Part shown: positions 1 through 12,100 of the stretch, in pieces
Numbering within the stretch: the first letter of the stretch is position 1
Layout: each line of letters begins with the position of its first letter
The notes under the pieces: generated by a model
Told to the model about the DNA's origin: nothing
What the model saw: the letters and a program-made list of their open reading frames with translations, nothing else
Database searches by the model: none
Position numbers and translations under genes: made by a program
Assembly: GCA_964658305.1 (NCBI GenBank)
Contig: OZ210885.1
Coordinates: 18,290,001 to 18,354,000, forward strand
Length of the DNA: 64,000 nt
Direction of reading: 5' to 3'
Source: Leptogorgia sarmentosa
Taxonomy: Eukaryota

Positions 1-362
1 AAGGGGGACGAGAACCAAGTCTCGACTAACCAAGGTGACTTAAAACGAGAACCAAGTCTCGAAAACTACCTAAACCGAGAACCGAGTCTCGAACACACAC
101 TTAAACTAAACCGAGAACCGAGTCTCGAAAACTAACTAAAGCGAGAACCTAGTCTCGAAAAGGACGGAAAGCAGAGAAGAGGAACGAATCCCTCTAAAAA
201 GAAAGGGAAAAGGAGCCTATCCTAACGATTCCCCCTAGAGGGCCTCGCAGAAAGGCACAGCCACGCGGTGTACCACCAAGGCGGAAGCCAAGGAGGCCTG
301 AACCGACCGACACGAACCAAAGGAACGGACTGGACAGCACAGGGACGGACACCACAGGAAGA
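1..362 (-). mobile_element. 5' UTR remnant of U2-targeting Tx1 retrotransposon (internally deleted)
   Basis: Near-identical to 33776-34100, the 5' UTR of the Tx1 at 30229-34284, including the CGAGA-N6-TCTCG repeats. It abuts a U2 5' fragment. Confidence 0.85.
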
Positions 363-381
363 CAAAAGGCCGAGAAGCGAT
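363..381 (-). ncRNA. U2: U2 snRNA 5' fragment (nt 1-19)
   Basis: Reverse complement is ATCGCTTCTCGGCCTTTTG, the canonical U2 5' end. The upstream flank matches the other U2 starts. Confidence 0.9.
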
Positions 382-644
382 GCCTTCTTCGCCGTTCCAA
401 GCCATTTTTTAAGCGAGAAAAGCAAGGTGAAAAAATGCGGTCCTCCTTCACGCCGCAATCAGCAGCCGCGGCGGCTGCGAAATTGCAAGCAAAACGAGCC
501 GCAAACGTTGTGGCACACGGTGATGATGACGGGTACAATCAATCGTTTGTGCGCTGCTAATTAATTCGGCTGCACGGGCGAAACTTCTCGCGACGCACTC
601 GTGTTCTCCACGAATTTCTGGCGATTTTTTGGCAGGCGCACGTG
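382..644 (-). promoter_or_regulatory. U2 snRNA upstream/promoter region (also at 2842-3104 and upstream of 34311, 39193, 44075, 53076)
   Basis: The same sequence lies 5' of every U2 start. It has TAAAA(A/G) near -30 and TCACCTTGC (PSE-like) near -49. Confidence 0.7.
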
Positions 645-770
645 TATGAGGGGTTATCAATATCAAAAACTACTCTCGATCGTAAGGAGATTCATCGGGC
701 CGTAAATCAAACTTCATTGTAAAATTTAATTGCTCGTAGCATGCTCCTATATGTCGTAAATCAAAATGTT

Positions 771-1102
771 TCGTAACTCTCGTAATACTTCGGGTCGTAA
801 TTATGGTGATACTTCGGGTCGTAATTATGGTGATACCTCGGGTCGTAACTGTCGTAATACTTCCTGTCGTAACTCTCGTGATACTTTGGGTCGTAATTAT
901 GGTAATACTTCGGGTCGTAATTATGGTAATACTTCGGGTCGTAATTATGGTGATACTTCGGGTCGTAATTATGGTGATACTTCGGGTCGTAATGGTGATA
1001 CTTCGGGTCGTAATTATGGTAATACTTCGGGTCGTAACTCTCGTGATACTTCGGCAAAGACTAAGAATAAAATATACACTCACGCTGACTTCGGGTCGTA
1101 AT
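771..1102. repeat. 24-bp minisatellite (CTTCGGGTCGTAATTATGGTGATA-like)
   Basis: About 12 degenerate tandem units. This explains the periodic 8-aa ORFs. Confidence 0.95.
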
Positions 1103-1686
1103 TAATACTTCCGGTCAATGACTTCCGGTTGTAATTCTTGTACTCAATTCTAGGCTTTCTCTAGAAGTTTCTGGCGCCGCTTTGTAATTGTTCACTGTTA
1201 TGTTTTCAATCTTTGCAAAATTGCGAATTGGTCGTTTTAAAAATTGTCAACTTTACCGTATCTCCTTTGCTTGAGTTGATATTAACATTATGAACGAGGT
1301 AAGAGTAAACTTTTCTGTGGTTATTACAACTCAACACTGTAGCAAGAAGGCAATACCATGTCCCAAGTCCTCTTAGCCTATGGCATATAGATGGAAACCA
1401 TAAACTAATTAGGTATAAAAAATTAAAGCATTTCTTTATTTTCGAAAACCACATGTAATTGAGCTAATAATGTCTGCCTCCACCGCAGGCTCTTCAGGGA
1501 GTATGACCAGACTGCAGAGTAATGGCATTCCGCAGCCGGAATTTGCATATGCAAATTAGGTATTTAGGCATGCAAAAAGCTTATTGTTCTAAAAAGTGAA
1601 AGTTTGTGTGATGTCTTGAAGGGCTTATTGAACAGCAATACAAAACTGGACAAAGTTGCCATTCATTAACTCAACATTACTTTTAA

Positions 1687-1931
1687 AGGCAGGTTACAGC
1701 GTCTTAATGTAAACAAATGCTTTGTTTACATACGAGCATCTTATCTGTAGAATATTATGTACTAACTGATTATCTAACACTGTTCTGGTTTGCTATGTTA
1801 TCAAATGATAATAAACCAGAGTTTAATTCAGGAAAAGTTTGCAAGATGCGAAATGTATAAAATGTTTATATCTGTGTGATCCACATTTGTTATGAGCAGA
1901 ATTGATGCGCAGAAGCCACTGTAACCCCCCT
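1687..1931. mobile_element. Kolobok-like MITE
   Basis: TTAA|AGGCAGGTTACAG ... CTGTAACCCCCCT|TCAA. The TIR resembles the Kolobok end at 59319 (TTAA|AGGTGGGTTACAG). Confidence 0.7.
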
Positions 1932-2297
1932 TCAAGCGTTTAAATTTCGTGCGCAAGCCATTTTTTTATCTGTTGGATAAGACACACACCCCCGGTTTTA
2001 AAAAGGTAAATTTCAAAATTTCTTCGTTTTTTCTACATTATAAGTACCCAAACAATATACATATATTCAAAATAAAAAACTTTGTACCATGAGCCCCTTT
2101 TGCAAAGTTGAGAGCGATTTCAAATCAGTTCAGTTCTTTTTATACACACTGTACAGATACAGTGTTATATATAGATCAGTGTTTTGGGCGAGTGCCCATG
2201 GCAAGGCTGATTAAAGACCATTTTCCATTACATTTGCTTTGCCTGCCATGCATGCGCAAAGTGTGCACAATACCAGAATTGAACGCTTGTGGAGAGA

Positions 2298-2822
2298 AAA
2301 AAGGAGAAAAAGGGCTTAAGACGAGAACCAGGTCTCGCGAACTAAATTAGACGAGAACCAAGTCTCGAAAATACACTAAACCGAGAACGAAGTCTCGAGA
2401 ACTAAATTAAACGAGAACCAAGTCTCGAAAAAACACTAATTTGAAAACCAAGTCACGAAAAAGGGGGACGAGAACCAAGTCTCGACTAACCAAGGTGACT
2501 TAAAACGAGAACCAAGTCTCGAAAACTACCTAAACCGAGAACCGAGTCTCGAACACACACTTAAACTAAACCGAGAACCGAGTCTCGAAAACTAACTAAA
2601 GCGAGAACCTAGTCTCGAAAAGGACGGAAAGCAGAGAAGAGGAACGAATCCCTCTAAAAAGAAAGGGAAAAGGAGCCTATCCTAACGATTCCCCCTAGAG
2701 GGCCTCGCAGAAAGGCACAGCCACGCGGTGTACCACCAAGGCGGAAGCCAAGGAGGCCTGAACCGACCGACACGAACCAAAGGAACGGACTGGACAGCAC
2801 AGGGACGGACACCACAGGAAGA
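2298..2822 (-). mobile_element. 5' UTR remnant of U2-targeting Tx1 (duplicate copy, about 10 palindromic repeats)
   Basis: Duplicate of 1-362 extended leftwards. Matches 33685-34100. Confidence 0.85.
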
Positions 2823-2841
2823 CAAAAGGCCGAGAAGCGAT
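2823..2841 (-). ncRNA. U2: U2 snRNA 5' fragment (nt 1-19), duplicate
   Basis: Identical to 363-381. Confidence 0.9.
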
Positions 2842-3230
2842 GCCTTCTTCGCCGTTCCAAGCCATTTTTTAAGCGAGAAAAGCAAGGTGAAAAAATGCGG
2901 TCCTCCTTCACGCCGCAATCAGCAGCCGCGGCGGCTGCGAAATTGCAAGCAAAACGAGCCGCAAACGTTGTGGCACACGGTGATGATGACGGGTACAATC
3001 AATCGTTTGTGTGCTGCTAATTAATTCGGCTGCACGGGCGAAACTTCTCGCGACGCACTCGTGTTCTCCACGAATTTCTGGCGATTTTTTGGCAGGCGCA
3101 CGTGTATGAGGGGTTATCAATATCAAAAACTACTCTCGATCGTAAGGAGATTCATCGGGCCGTAAATCAAACTTCATTGTAAAATTTAATTGCTCGTAGC
3201 ATGCTCCTATATGTCGTAAATCAAAATGTT

Positions 3231-3562
3231 TCGTAACTCTCGTAATACTTCGGGTCGTAATTATGGTGATACTTCGGGTCGTAATTATGGTGATACCTCG
3301 GGTCGTAACTGTCGTAATACTTCCTGTCGTAACTCTCGTGATACTTTGGGTCGTAATTATGGTAATACTTCGGGTCGTAATTATGGTAATACTTCGGGTC
3401 GTAATTATGGTGATACTTCGGGTCGTAATTATGGTGATACTTCGGGTCGTAATGGTGATACTTCGGGTCGTAATTATGGTAATACTTCGGGTCGTAACTC
3501 TCGTGATACTTCGGCAAAGACTAAGAATAAAATATACACTCACGCTGACTTCGGGTCGTAAT
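3231..3562. repeat. 24-bp minisatellite, duplicate
   Basis: Copy of 771-1102 at +2460. Confidence 0.95.
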
Positions 3563-4146
3563 TAATACTTCCGGTCAATGACTTCCGGTTGTAATTCTTG
3601 TACTCAATTCTAGGCTTTCTCTAGAAGTTTCTGGCGCCGCTTTGTAATTGTTCACTGTTATGTTTTCAATCTTTGCAAAATTGCGAATTGGTCGTTTTAA
3701 AAATTGTCAACTTTACCGTATCTCCTTTGCTTGAGTTGATATTAACATTATGAACGAGGTAAGAGTAAACTTTTCTGTGGTTATTACAACTCAACACTGT
3801 AGCAAGAAGGCAATACCATGTCCCAAGTCCTCTTAGCCTATGGCATATAGATGGAAACCATAAACTAATTAGGTATAAAAAATTAAAGCATTTCTTTATT
3901 TTCGAAAACCACATGTAATTGAGCTAATAATGTCTGCCTCCACCGCAGGCTCTTCAGGGAGTATGACCAGACTGCAGAGTAATGGCATTCCGCAGCCGGA
4001 ATTTGCATATGCAAATTAGGTATTTAGGCATGCAAAAAGCTTATTGTTCTAAAAAGTGAAAGTTTGTGTGATGTCTTGAAGGGCTTATTGAACAGCAATA
4101 CAAAACTGGACAAAGTTGCCATTCATTAACTCAACATTACTTTTAA

Positions 4147-4391
4147 AGGCAGGTTACAGCGTCTTAATGTAAACAAATGCTTTGTTTACATACGAGCATC
4201 TTATCTGTAGAATATTATGTACTAACTGATTATCTAACACTGTTCTGGTTTGCTATGTTATCAAATGATAATAAACCAGAGTTTAATTCAGGAAAAGTTT
4301 GCAAGATGCGAAATGTATAAAATGTTTATATCTGTGTGATCCACATTTGTTATGAGCAGAATTGATGCGCAGAAGCCACTGTAACCCCCCT
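4147..4391. mobile_element. Kolobok-like MITE, duplicate
   Basis: Copy of 1687-1931 at +2460. Confidence 0.7.
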
Positions 4392-4719
4392 TCAAGCGTT
4401 TAAATTTCGTGCGCAAGCCATTTTTTTATCTGTTGGATAAGACACACACCCCCGGTTTTAAAAAGGTAAATTTCAAAATTTCTTCGTTTTTTCTACATTA
4501 TAAGTACCCAAACAATATACATATATCCAAAATAAAAAACTTTGTACCATGAGCCCCTTTTGCAAAGTTGAGAGCGATTTCAAATCAGTTCAGTTCTTTT
4601 TATACACACTGTACAGATACAGTGTTATATATAGATCAGTGTTTTGGGCGAGTGCCCATGGCAAGGCTGATTAAAGACCATTTTCCATTACATTTGCTTT
4701 GCCTGCCATGCATGCGCAA

Positions 4720-6005
4720 AGTGTGCACAATACCAGAATTGAACGCTTGTGGAGAGATATTTTTGTTGGGTGCACTTACATTTATTATAATTTATTCTAT
4801 TTTATGGAATAGCGTGGATATTTAGACATTAACAATGAACAGCATATATTTGCTTTGCACTATGTGTTTGAGCCACGCATTAACAGCCACTTGCAGCAGT
4901 TTGCCGACAGCTGGGATAATCACCCAATGAGTACTGAGCACAACAGCACTCCTAACCAGTTGTGGATCACAGGATTGTTTAACATTGCCAATACCAACAA
5001 CGTGATTTCTCAAGAAGTTTGGCAGAGAGGAGAGGTAAATACCATGAATTGATGTTTTGTAACCTTTAATTAAAACAGGATACGATCATAACGCTTTGCT
5101 CCGTGCATTATTGAATATATTATACTGTATACTCAACATACAGTATGGTAGCTTACGACTGATGCAAGAAAATCTGTATGAACATGACTTTTTGTGGGTT
5201 TGTTGCTAATTAAAAGAGGGAACAGTGTGAACAGTACTTGGTAACTATTTTTTAATGATTGCAACTTGACCACATTTATAGCAGCCGAAATGTGACAGGC
5301 TGACAGCTACCAGAAAATAACCAATTATTGGACGAGGTTTTTTTGATATGCGAAATTACCAAGTTCGAGGTAAGTGGTATCATACGAGCCGAAGGCCAGA
5401 CTGATAACACTTACCAAGACCTTGGTAATTTCACATATTCCAAAACCGAATTTAGTAATTGTTTTATTATACATTTCATGAAAACATGGCTTCACTGTTT
5501 TACTAGCTAGATTCTACATTAGTTTTCTTTTTTAATGCATTCCGCATGCCGTAACATTCTGCAGCGTAGGCTCAGCATGCATATAATCCGATTTACAGTA
5601 GTTATCTGCTAGCGGATAACTGAGTTATTTACAGGTTGTGTGATTGCTTGATTTATCTGTATGCAATTGACCAATCGAAACGCATTGATCAACTACGATG
5701 TACAATAATAGCAATAAACTGGTGCATGTTGTTTGTTTGTAACCGCAAATGATAATTGCTTACGGTGTAAACTAATAATTATGATTACATATCATTAGAC
5801 AGACATTTGTGCATATGGTATCGACTGGGATGAAGATTTGCCGTTTGTTGAAAATGAATCTGTTGTGGAAATTCCTGAAACATCCTTCAACATGACTGCT
5901 GAACAACACCATAGCCTGCAAACATTAATCGACCCATTGGGAAATAGTGATAGCTTTGGAATGGACATTTATTTAGAAGTATGTTCTTTTATTTGTCATC
6001 TTTAA
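4720..6005 (+). pseudogene. C-terminal exons of an IS3EU-like integrase-core (DDE) transposase
   Basis: The frame from 4720 reads [15 protein letters not shown]...FME*RGYLD...LHYVFEPRINSHLQQFADSWDNHPMSTEHNSTPNQLW, with an in-frame TAG at 4810. The last exon (about 5800-6005) reads YGIDWDEDLP...IDPLGNSDSFGMDIY. Homologous to NQRIENWW...YWNTH in 58112-58852. Confidence 0.75.
5323..5460. repeat. Imperfect palindrome of about 140 bp (MITE-like) in an intron
   Basis: GAAATTACCAAG...GGTAAGTG and CACTTACC...CTTGGTAATTTC are inverted around a GCCGAAGGC centre. Confidence 0.7.
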
Positions 6006-6742
6006 CTGGGTGCTATATGCGAGCAGTGGTTTTTAACACAGCAATCTTCTCAAAAATGTATATAAATACCTGTACAATGCCAAGAGCGTAAGTAAATATT
6101 GAGTTAAGATAATAATACTTTTATTGTGGGGAAAATCCTTCCATGAGAAAAGTATGCTGTGAGAAAAGTATGTGTCCGGCCTACATTCTCACGTTCCCTG
6201 GATTTTGCATAACATGTTTTTTTTAAAGATGACGATGAAAAAAGAAACAGTAATATATTTAGGAATATCAACATAGTATTTTAATTTACATTTACACTTA
6301 TGTATAAATGTATATATAACTACAAACAAATTTAAACACTAAAATGTCAATGGAAGTTTATCAAGACATGCAACTTGTTGTGGTGCTACTTAAAATGGAT
6401 AGAACGCGACTTCAGATCACTCATCATATAGCTACTACTAGATACTAGCCTTTCTTATTTTTGTATGCCTTGTTCAAGTTTTTGGGCGATAGACCGCGTA
6501 AAACTAGTCGACGACAATATGCTTAAACAGCCAAAAATTATGACTTTGCTGCCAGCATTGTTCGTAATTGTTAACAGATTCGGGTGTAACAAAGCAAAAC
6601 AATATTGTTGCCATCTATAAACAATGCAACAAAGTTGACAATTTCTACCATGTAGAATCAAAAGTTTCCTTGTTAATTCGTAACATTTTTTTTACGAAAG
6701 GCTAATAGTTTAGAGCCCTCATCATATAATGTAATGTACATA

Positions 6743-7494
6743 CAGGGTGTAACAAAAAATTAAGACAATTTTGAAATTGCTGTAAATTTCACAAAACAGC
6801 TCTTGATGTCAATTTTTTTGCAGTACTAGCCTTGTTGGGTTCGTATAATCGAGAATAACGGGAAAAATTCTCAAACTTAAATTAGGTTAAACTAGGGGTG
6901 AGTGTCCATTGCAACAAATTGAGTGGCTTGCGCACGCCATTTGGTTTTAAATTGCTGCCCAAAATTTCAACAAATTTGCTCCATCCCCCCCCCCCCCCCC
7001 AATCAGCATTATTCATGCACAATGAATGCATCAACCTATTTCGCATATCTGCAATTTGTTTTTTGCTCTTGATTTAAACATTACATATTGGTAATTTCGC
7101 ATTTTACAATAACACATTTGCACCAACAAACGTTTTTTACAAGATTTCGAGTGTGTTAGGGGGGCGGGGGAGTGGAATATGCAACTTAAGTTCAAGATCA
7201 AGAACTTAAGTTCAAGTAAATTGCGTGAAATTTTGATCATTGATAAAACGCATAACCAGTTCCTTAAAAATATGTATGCAATGTGTTAAGCTTTTACTTT
7301 CCGTGCGCAAGCCATTTTAATTTTGTTGAAAAGAACACACACCCCTAGCAGAAGTTGGTTTCGTGAATTTCTTCTTTTTATTGTACATTATAAGTACTAA
7401 AGGAACCTATACACCACAAAAAACTGATACCAAGTGCCTTTTTTGTGAAATTGGGGCAATTTCAAAATTGTCTTCATTTTTTTGATACACCCTG
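6743..7494. mobile_element. Tc1/mariner-type non-autonomous element
   Basis: TA|CAGGGTGTAACAAAAAATTAAGACAATTTTGAAATTGC ... GCAATTTCAAAATTGTCTTCATTTTTTTGATACACCCTG|TA. Related right-end fragments occur at about 1948-2152 and 4408-4612. Confidence 0.85.
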
Positions 7495-7643
7495 TATGTA
7501 CACAAAGAAAGCAAGCTCTATGTGGCAATATTAATTGAATATTACAATTACCGTAGAAAAAACTATTATAACAGGAATTAATCAACAGAGTCAACAAATG
7601 GGTTGTTCATTATCTAAGATGTACTTACTACGCCTTTGGCCAT

Positions 7644-8514
7644 TTAGCGAAAGGCACTAAAGGAACACGAAGCATGACGTAATGTAGTTACCATGATGTT
7701 GTGAAATTCGGATGCATCAGTATATTTGATAGGTATTTTGAGATTATTAAAACAAGCATCTGAATCTGGCATCGTCATTTCGCCGTTTCCATACAGAACA
7801 CTGATTTTGGAAGTCAATCCAAGAGGAGGAACTTCAACATGCGCCGTGCAGAATTTCATTAGAAGATTCAGAATAGGTACTTCTTGGGAAAGGACCGGAA
7901 TAAATTCTGTAAAAAATAATGTATCATAATAACCAATCTTACCTCATAATAGTAACATTTGCCTGTCCAGTTTTTCACACACTATTATTGCCCTTTATCG
8001 TCAATAAGTAAACAAAGCGATTCGAAAGTGAACTAGCAACAATAAAAAAGTTTGGCAAACAAGACAACTCAAGCTGTGAAATGAAAATAGCATGGTACAC
8101 TAATTACTTACCGGTTAAATTTTCCACCTTGTTGAGAAATTGGACGAATAGTGAATACGCATTCTTTTCAGCATCACTCTCAGGTGTCGACTGTATCAGT
8201 GACAAAAACTCATTTGCACTTAACTGGGCGTATACTCCATCTCCTTTTTCTCTTGTAAACATTGGCCTCCACACGTCTGGATCCTGCTTAATCAAGTTTA
8301 ATAGGCCAAAATGATTAAGCCCTTCTCTAAAGCTTTTTAGGGCTGACAAACGTTTGTCGAATAATTCTTCAATGAGCATCTGGCTGATGAAATCAACTCT
8401 GGATTGCATATTGATTACTCATCCCACAGGCCAGCCAGACCTGTCCACGATTGCACAATAGACCGGAGCATCTAGCAAACTTCCAATCTCTTCTTCCGAC
8501 TTTGCATCAGAAAG
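7644..8514 (-). pseudogene. HECT-domain (G2E3-like) E3 ubiquitin ligase, last two exons (8514-8112, 7906-7644)
   Basis: Reads ALKSFREGLNHFGLLNLIK...MF, then LMKFCTAHVEVPPLG...PDSDACFNNLKIP, matching the HECT C-lobe pattern with its catalytic Cys. The GT-AG intron is in phase. There is an in-frame TGA upstream of 8409. Confidence 0.7.
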
Positions 8515-9493
8515 CTAAAAAGGTTAAATTTGACCCGAATTAATAACGTGTTTTTGACGCTTAGCATGCATCAAATGCATGGTAGGTTATAAACGCATGT
8601 GGCATGCTACACCACATGCTACAATTAAATAATATTTAAACAATTTAAATAATCAATTAGTGTGCAGCCTTGGCGATCGTAGTTTTAGTACACAGGGCAT
8701 AGCAAGACATGAAATGACATATGTACAGTTGGGGGTCTGGGAGTTTCTGTGTATCTGTCAGATTTAACTATATTTCGCCCGTCAGCGTATACAATCCTAC
8801 ATTTCGCGTTTAGCCTTGAGACTCGCGGTTTTCATGCACAATGAATGACATATACAATACTATCAGGCTTGCCTATTACTTTATTGTTATTTCTGCCTTA
8901 TTTTTAATAGTTTGGTACGTCAACATGATTTACACAATAGTAGTTTATGGCTTCATGAAGTACTATAGTTGAATGAAGTGCAATACTGTGGTTTCATGCA
9001 GTTATCACTTAGTTCAGTTAGCACTGCTAATGATAGCTGTTTGGACATTGCTAGTATTGTTACATTTGAATTGTCTCCGTTTTCAGACATTCTTGTAAAT
9101 CTCACGGTTTTGGATCCAAATCTCAAGTTTTTTCTGGTAAATTCATTACTAATTCCGCTCGCCTATTTTATCGTTACGCTCATGCGCAGGTCATCACTGA
9201 TCTCAAGAATATGGCGGAATATCATAAAGAGCAAAAACTAAACGCTTCCGAAAGGGCGAAAATGAAGACATGAACGACTGCCGGCCACAAGACTACAAGA
9301 GACTCCTGAGAAAGAAAGGTTTTGCTAACGTCAAAAATAGAGTATTCCGAATTTTAATTTTCATATATGATTGGCTTAGCGTGCATGGTGGCTCTTAGTT
9401 CTGTCTAGCCAATTACATTCAGTACATGACTTATAAGCTAACAAATTGCACCTCTTGACTTATATCTAGACAAAGTGGACTTATAATATACCT

Positions 9494-12100
9494 GTTGACA
9501 TTAATTAGTATGCAAAATTATGCAAACGGTAATTAATATGCGAACCACGAGGAGCAAAAACAGAGCAGTTTATAGTTGTTTAACGTTGTTGTTAATTTGG
9601 TAAAAGGAAGCATTAGAGCTCGCCAAGAAGTAAGCAAACTTATGTAGTTGTAGCATTTAAAATACGTTTACCCATAAATGACTGTAATTATGATCACATT
9701 AAATTTATAGATTGAATAAAAATTTCAAAATTTGTATACGGTATCGGCGTGCTCTATAAACGGTAAAGGTGCATGCTGTGGGACCAACGGACCATAAATT
9801 CGATTTCCTGTGTGCATATCTGACGTCCTGAGGTTCACAGCGAGTTTAACGAAGTCAAAATGGATGCGAAAAAGGCAAGAAGAAACGCGAAGAGCTCGTT
9901 GACGCGGCGTTGTAACAGTTTAATAGCCACTATCGACAACAACCGACCTCTTGAAGAAGTCATGGAAGCGTTAAACTTTGTGGAAATAGACTATAATATG
10001 GCGGTAACGAAGCATGAAGAACTTGTGGAGCAGATTGACGACGGGGAATACGAAAAGGAAGAAAGATGGATCGATGAAATTCGCGAAAGGACACTTTTGT
10101 TGAAATTCCGTGCAAAGGACCATATTCTAAAATTAAAGCAGGAACAGGCGACCCAAGAAAAAGACGGAGAAATTGCAGAAGCGCAACAAGCACAGGTTCA
10201 CCAAGAAAACACCGGCGAAATTGCAAACACCACAGCAATCGAGAACCAAACTGAAACAGCGCATGTAGACAACGTCCTTCAAAATGTATCTTTAATAGAC
10301 CTTATGGGAGAAGGCATACAGCAAAGCAGTCCAGAAATCTCAGAGCCACCAAACGAACCGGAAGTGAAAAAGACGGCAGTCATCTCAGAGAATCGAAAGA
10401 CTGACAAAGAAATTGGTTCATGCGCATTTAAAGTAGAAAAGCCGAAATTACCGAAATTTAAAGGCGATGCAAGAGAATATGTAGTGTTTCGTTCGGATTT
10501 TAAGCATGTCGTTGAATCTCGGTACAGTGAAAGAGATGCAATAACAATCTTGCGGGCAAGTCTAGAGGGAAGACCGTTGGAATTGATAAAAGGAATTGGG
10601 TGCGACTACAAAGCGGCCTGGAGTTATCTCGACTCGATCTATGGAGACCCAAGATTCATAGCAGACACCATTACGCAAGACATATCGAAGTTCAAAGCAC
10701 TGCAGGATGGTGAAGATGGTCGATTCTGTGAATTGGTCCACCTGGTTAATAGAAGTTACAATACGCTCAAAGAAGTTGGCCGTCCCAATGACATGAACAA
10801 TAATCACATGTTGGCGCTGATCGAGCAAAAAATGTCGAGTGATGACCGTAAAGTTTGGGCTTCGTGACTTGGAGAGGGACAAGAAAGAAGCCAGCCTAGA
10901 GAACCTCATGAATTGGATGACAACGGAAATGAAATCCCGTATGAGAGCATCGGCCCCCTTGAGAATCCAAGGAAAACCCAAGTGGAATGTCAACCACGTC
11001 GGACACGACAAGCACGAAAGGCACAAATGTTGGCTATGTCAAACCTCAACACATTGGGTTGACCAGTGCGCAAAGCTGCAAGCCATGACTCCAGAGAACC
11101 GGATGAAGTTGATGCGAGAAAATCGTGCTTGCTTCTCGTGTTTGAAGAAAGCGAGCAAGAATCACCGAGCGGCCAACTGCTCTCGACAACGACAATGCAC
11201 AGCCAAAGTTAATGGTCAACAATGTAAGTCATACCACCACCCGATGCTGCACGAATATGGCCCATCAAATCAAGTCGGCGTTGCCTCGGTAAACGACAGC
11301 AAGGAAGTCCTGCTCCCAGTCATTCAAGTCGAAATTCTTGGTCAAGAAGCAAGACGAAGCAAAGGCAACGTGTTGTTAGATTCAGGAGCTCAAGTGAGTT
11401 TGATTCGTAACGCTGTCGCTAAGAACTTGAAGTTGAAAGGAAAAGATGCAAATGTCACGATTACGAAGGTTGGAGGAGAAGAGGAGGAGATCCAGACGAA
11501 GATATACAAAGTTCCCCTACTTTCGCTTGACAACAACAGCGTTCATCATGTCACCGCCATTGGAATACCAGCAATCAGTAACAGCGTTGCAACGGTCGAT
11601 GTTGGCCAAATCGGTAACAAACTCGGTCTTGAACGAAGTAAGATCTTTCGAGAAAACGGATCGATAGACGTGCTCATTGGAATCAATCACGCCAAGATGC
11701 ACGCGGGTGAAACGAGGGAGGTTGAGAATCTTGTTGCTAGACGATCACCACTCGGTTGGGTTGTTTTTGGTGCTGCAAATGGTCAACAACAAGCAGTCAA
11801 CAAGGTATTGCACATCCAGTTGTCAAGTCCAGTGGATATGACCGACTTCTGGACCACCGAAGCCATGGGAGTTTCTGCCAAGTCTTGTGAATGTAACCCC
11901 TTGAAGCTAAGTCCGATCGAACAGCAAGAGAAGGAGATCATTGAAAATTCATGCAAACGAAATGGTAATCAGTGGATGGTTGGATACCCCTGGAAAAGGG
12001 ACAGAAACCTGCTACCAGACAACCAAAGCCAGGCACTCAAGAAGTTAGAAACAACCGAGCGGTGTCTGATGAAGAATCCTGAGAATGCTAAAGAGTATGC
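9494..12100 (+). mobile_element. BEL/Pao LTR retrotransposon, 3'-truncated (putative 5' LTR about 9494-9761)
   Basis: Gag with LPKFKGD...F..DF, three Cys/His knuckles, protease LLDSGAQ, and SPLGWVVFG/DFW/YPWK motifs typical of BEL. LTR limits are tentative (TGTT start, AATAAA near 9716). Confidence 0.85.
9860..12100 (+). pseudogene. BEL gag-protease polyprotein, frameshift at about 10860, truncated before the RT core
   Basis: ORFs 9860-10867 and 10839-12206 overlap. After LMKNPENAKEY the sequence switches to the antisense strand of a Tx1 ORF2. Confidence 0.85.

Larger units (their letters stand above)
1..4757. repeat. Tandem duplication, 2460-bp period (copy 1 starts before the window and ends 2297; copy 2 is 2298-4757)
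   Basis: All ORFs recur at +2460. The sequences diverge after GGAGAGA (2297 vs 4757). Only isolated substitutions were noticed (552/3012, 2067/4527). Confidence 0.97.

Noticed and set aside
670..1105. Repetitive ORFs (YDPKYHHN, TTRSITII etc.)
   Set aside because: These are translations of a 24-bp minisatellite that is open in several frames.
2322..2617. CRISPR-like palindromic repeats with spacers
   Set aside because: The repeats are only 16 bp and the spacers are short and similar to each other. There are no cas genes, and the context is a eukaryotic retrotransposon UTR.
8969..9241. 90-aa ORF upstream of BEL
   Set aside because: It has no recognisable motif and a non-ATG start.
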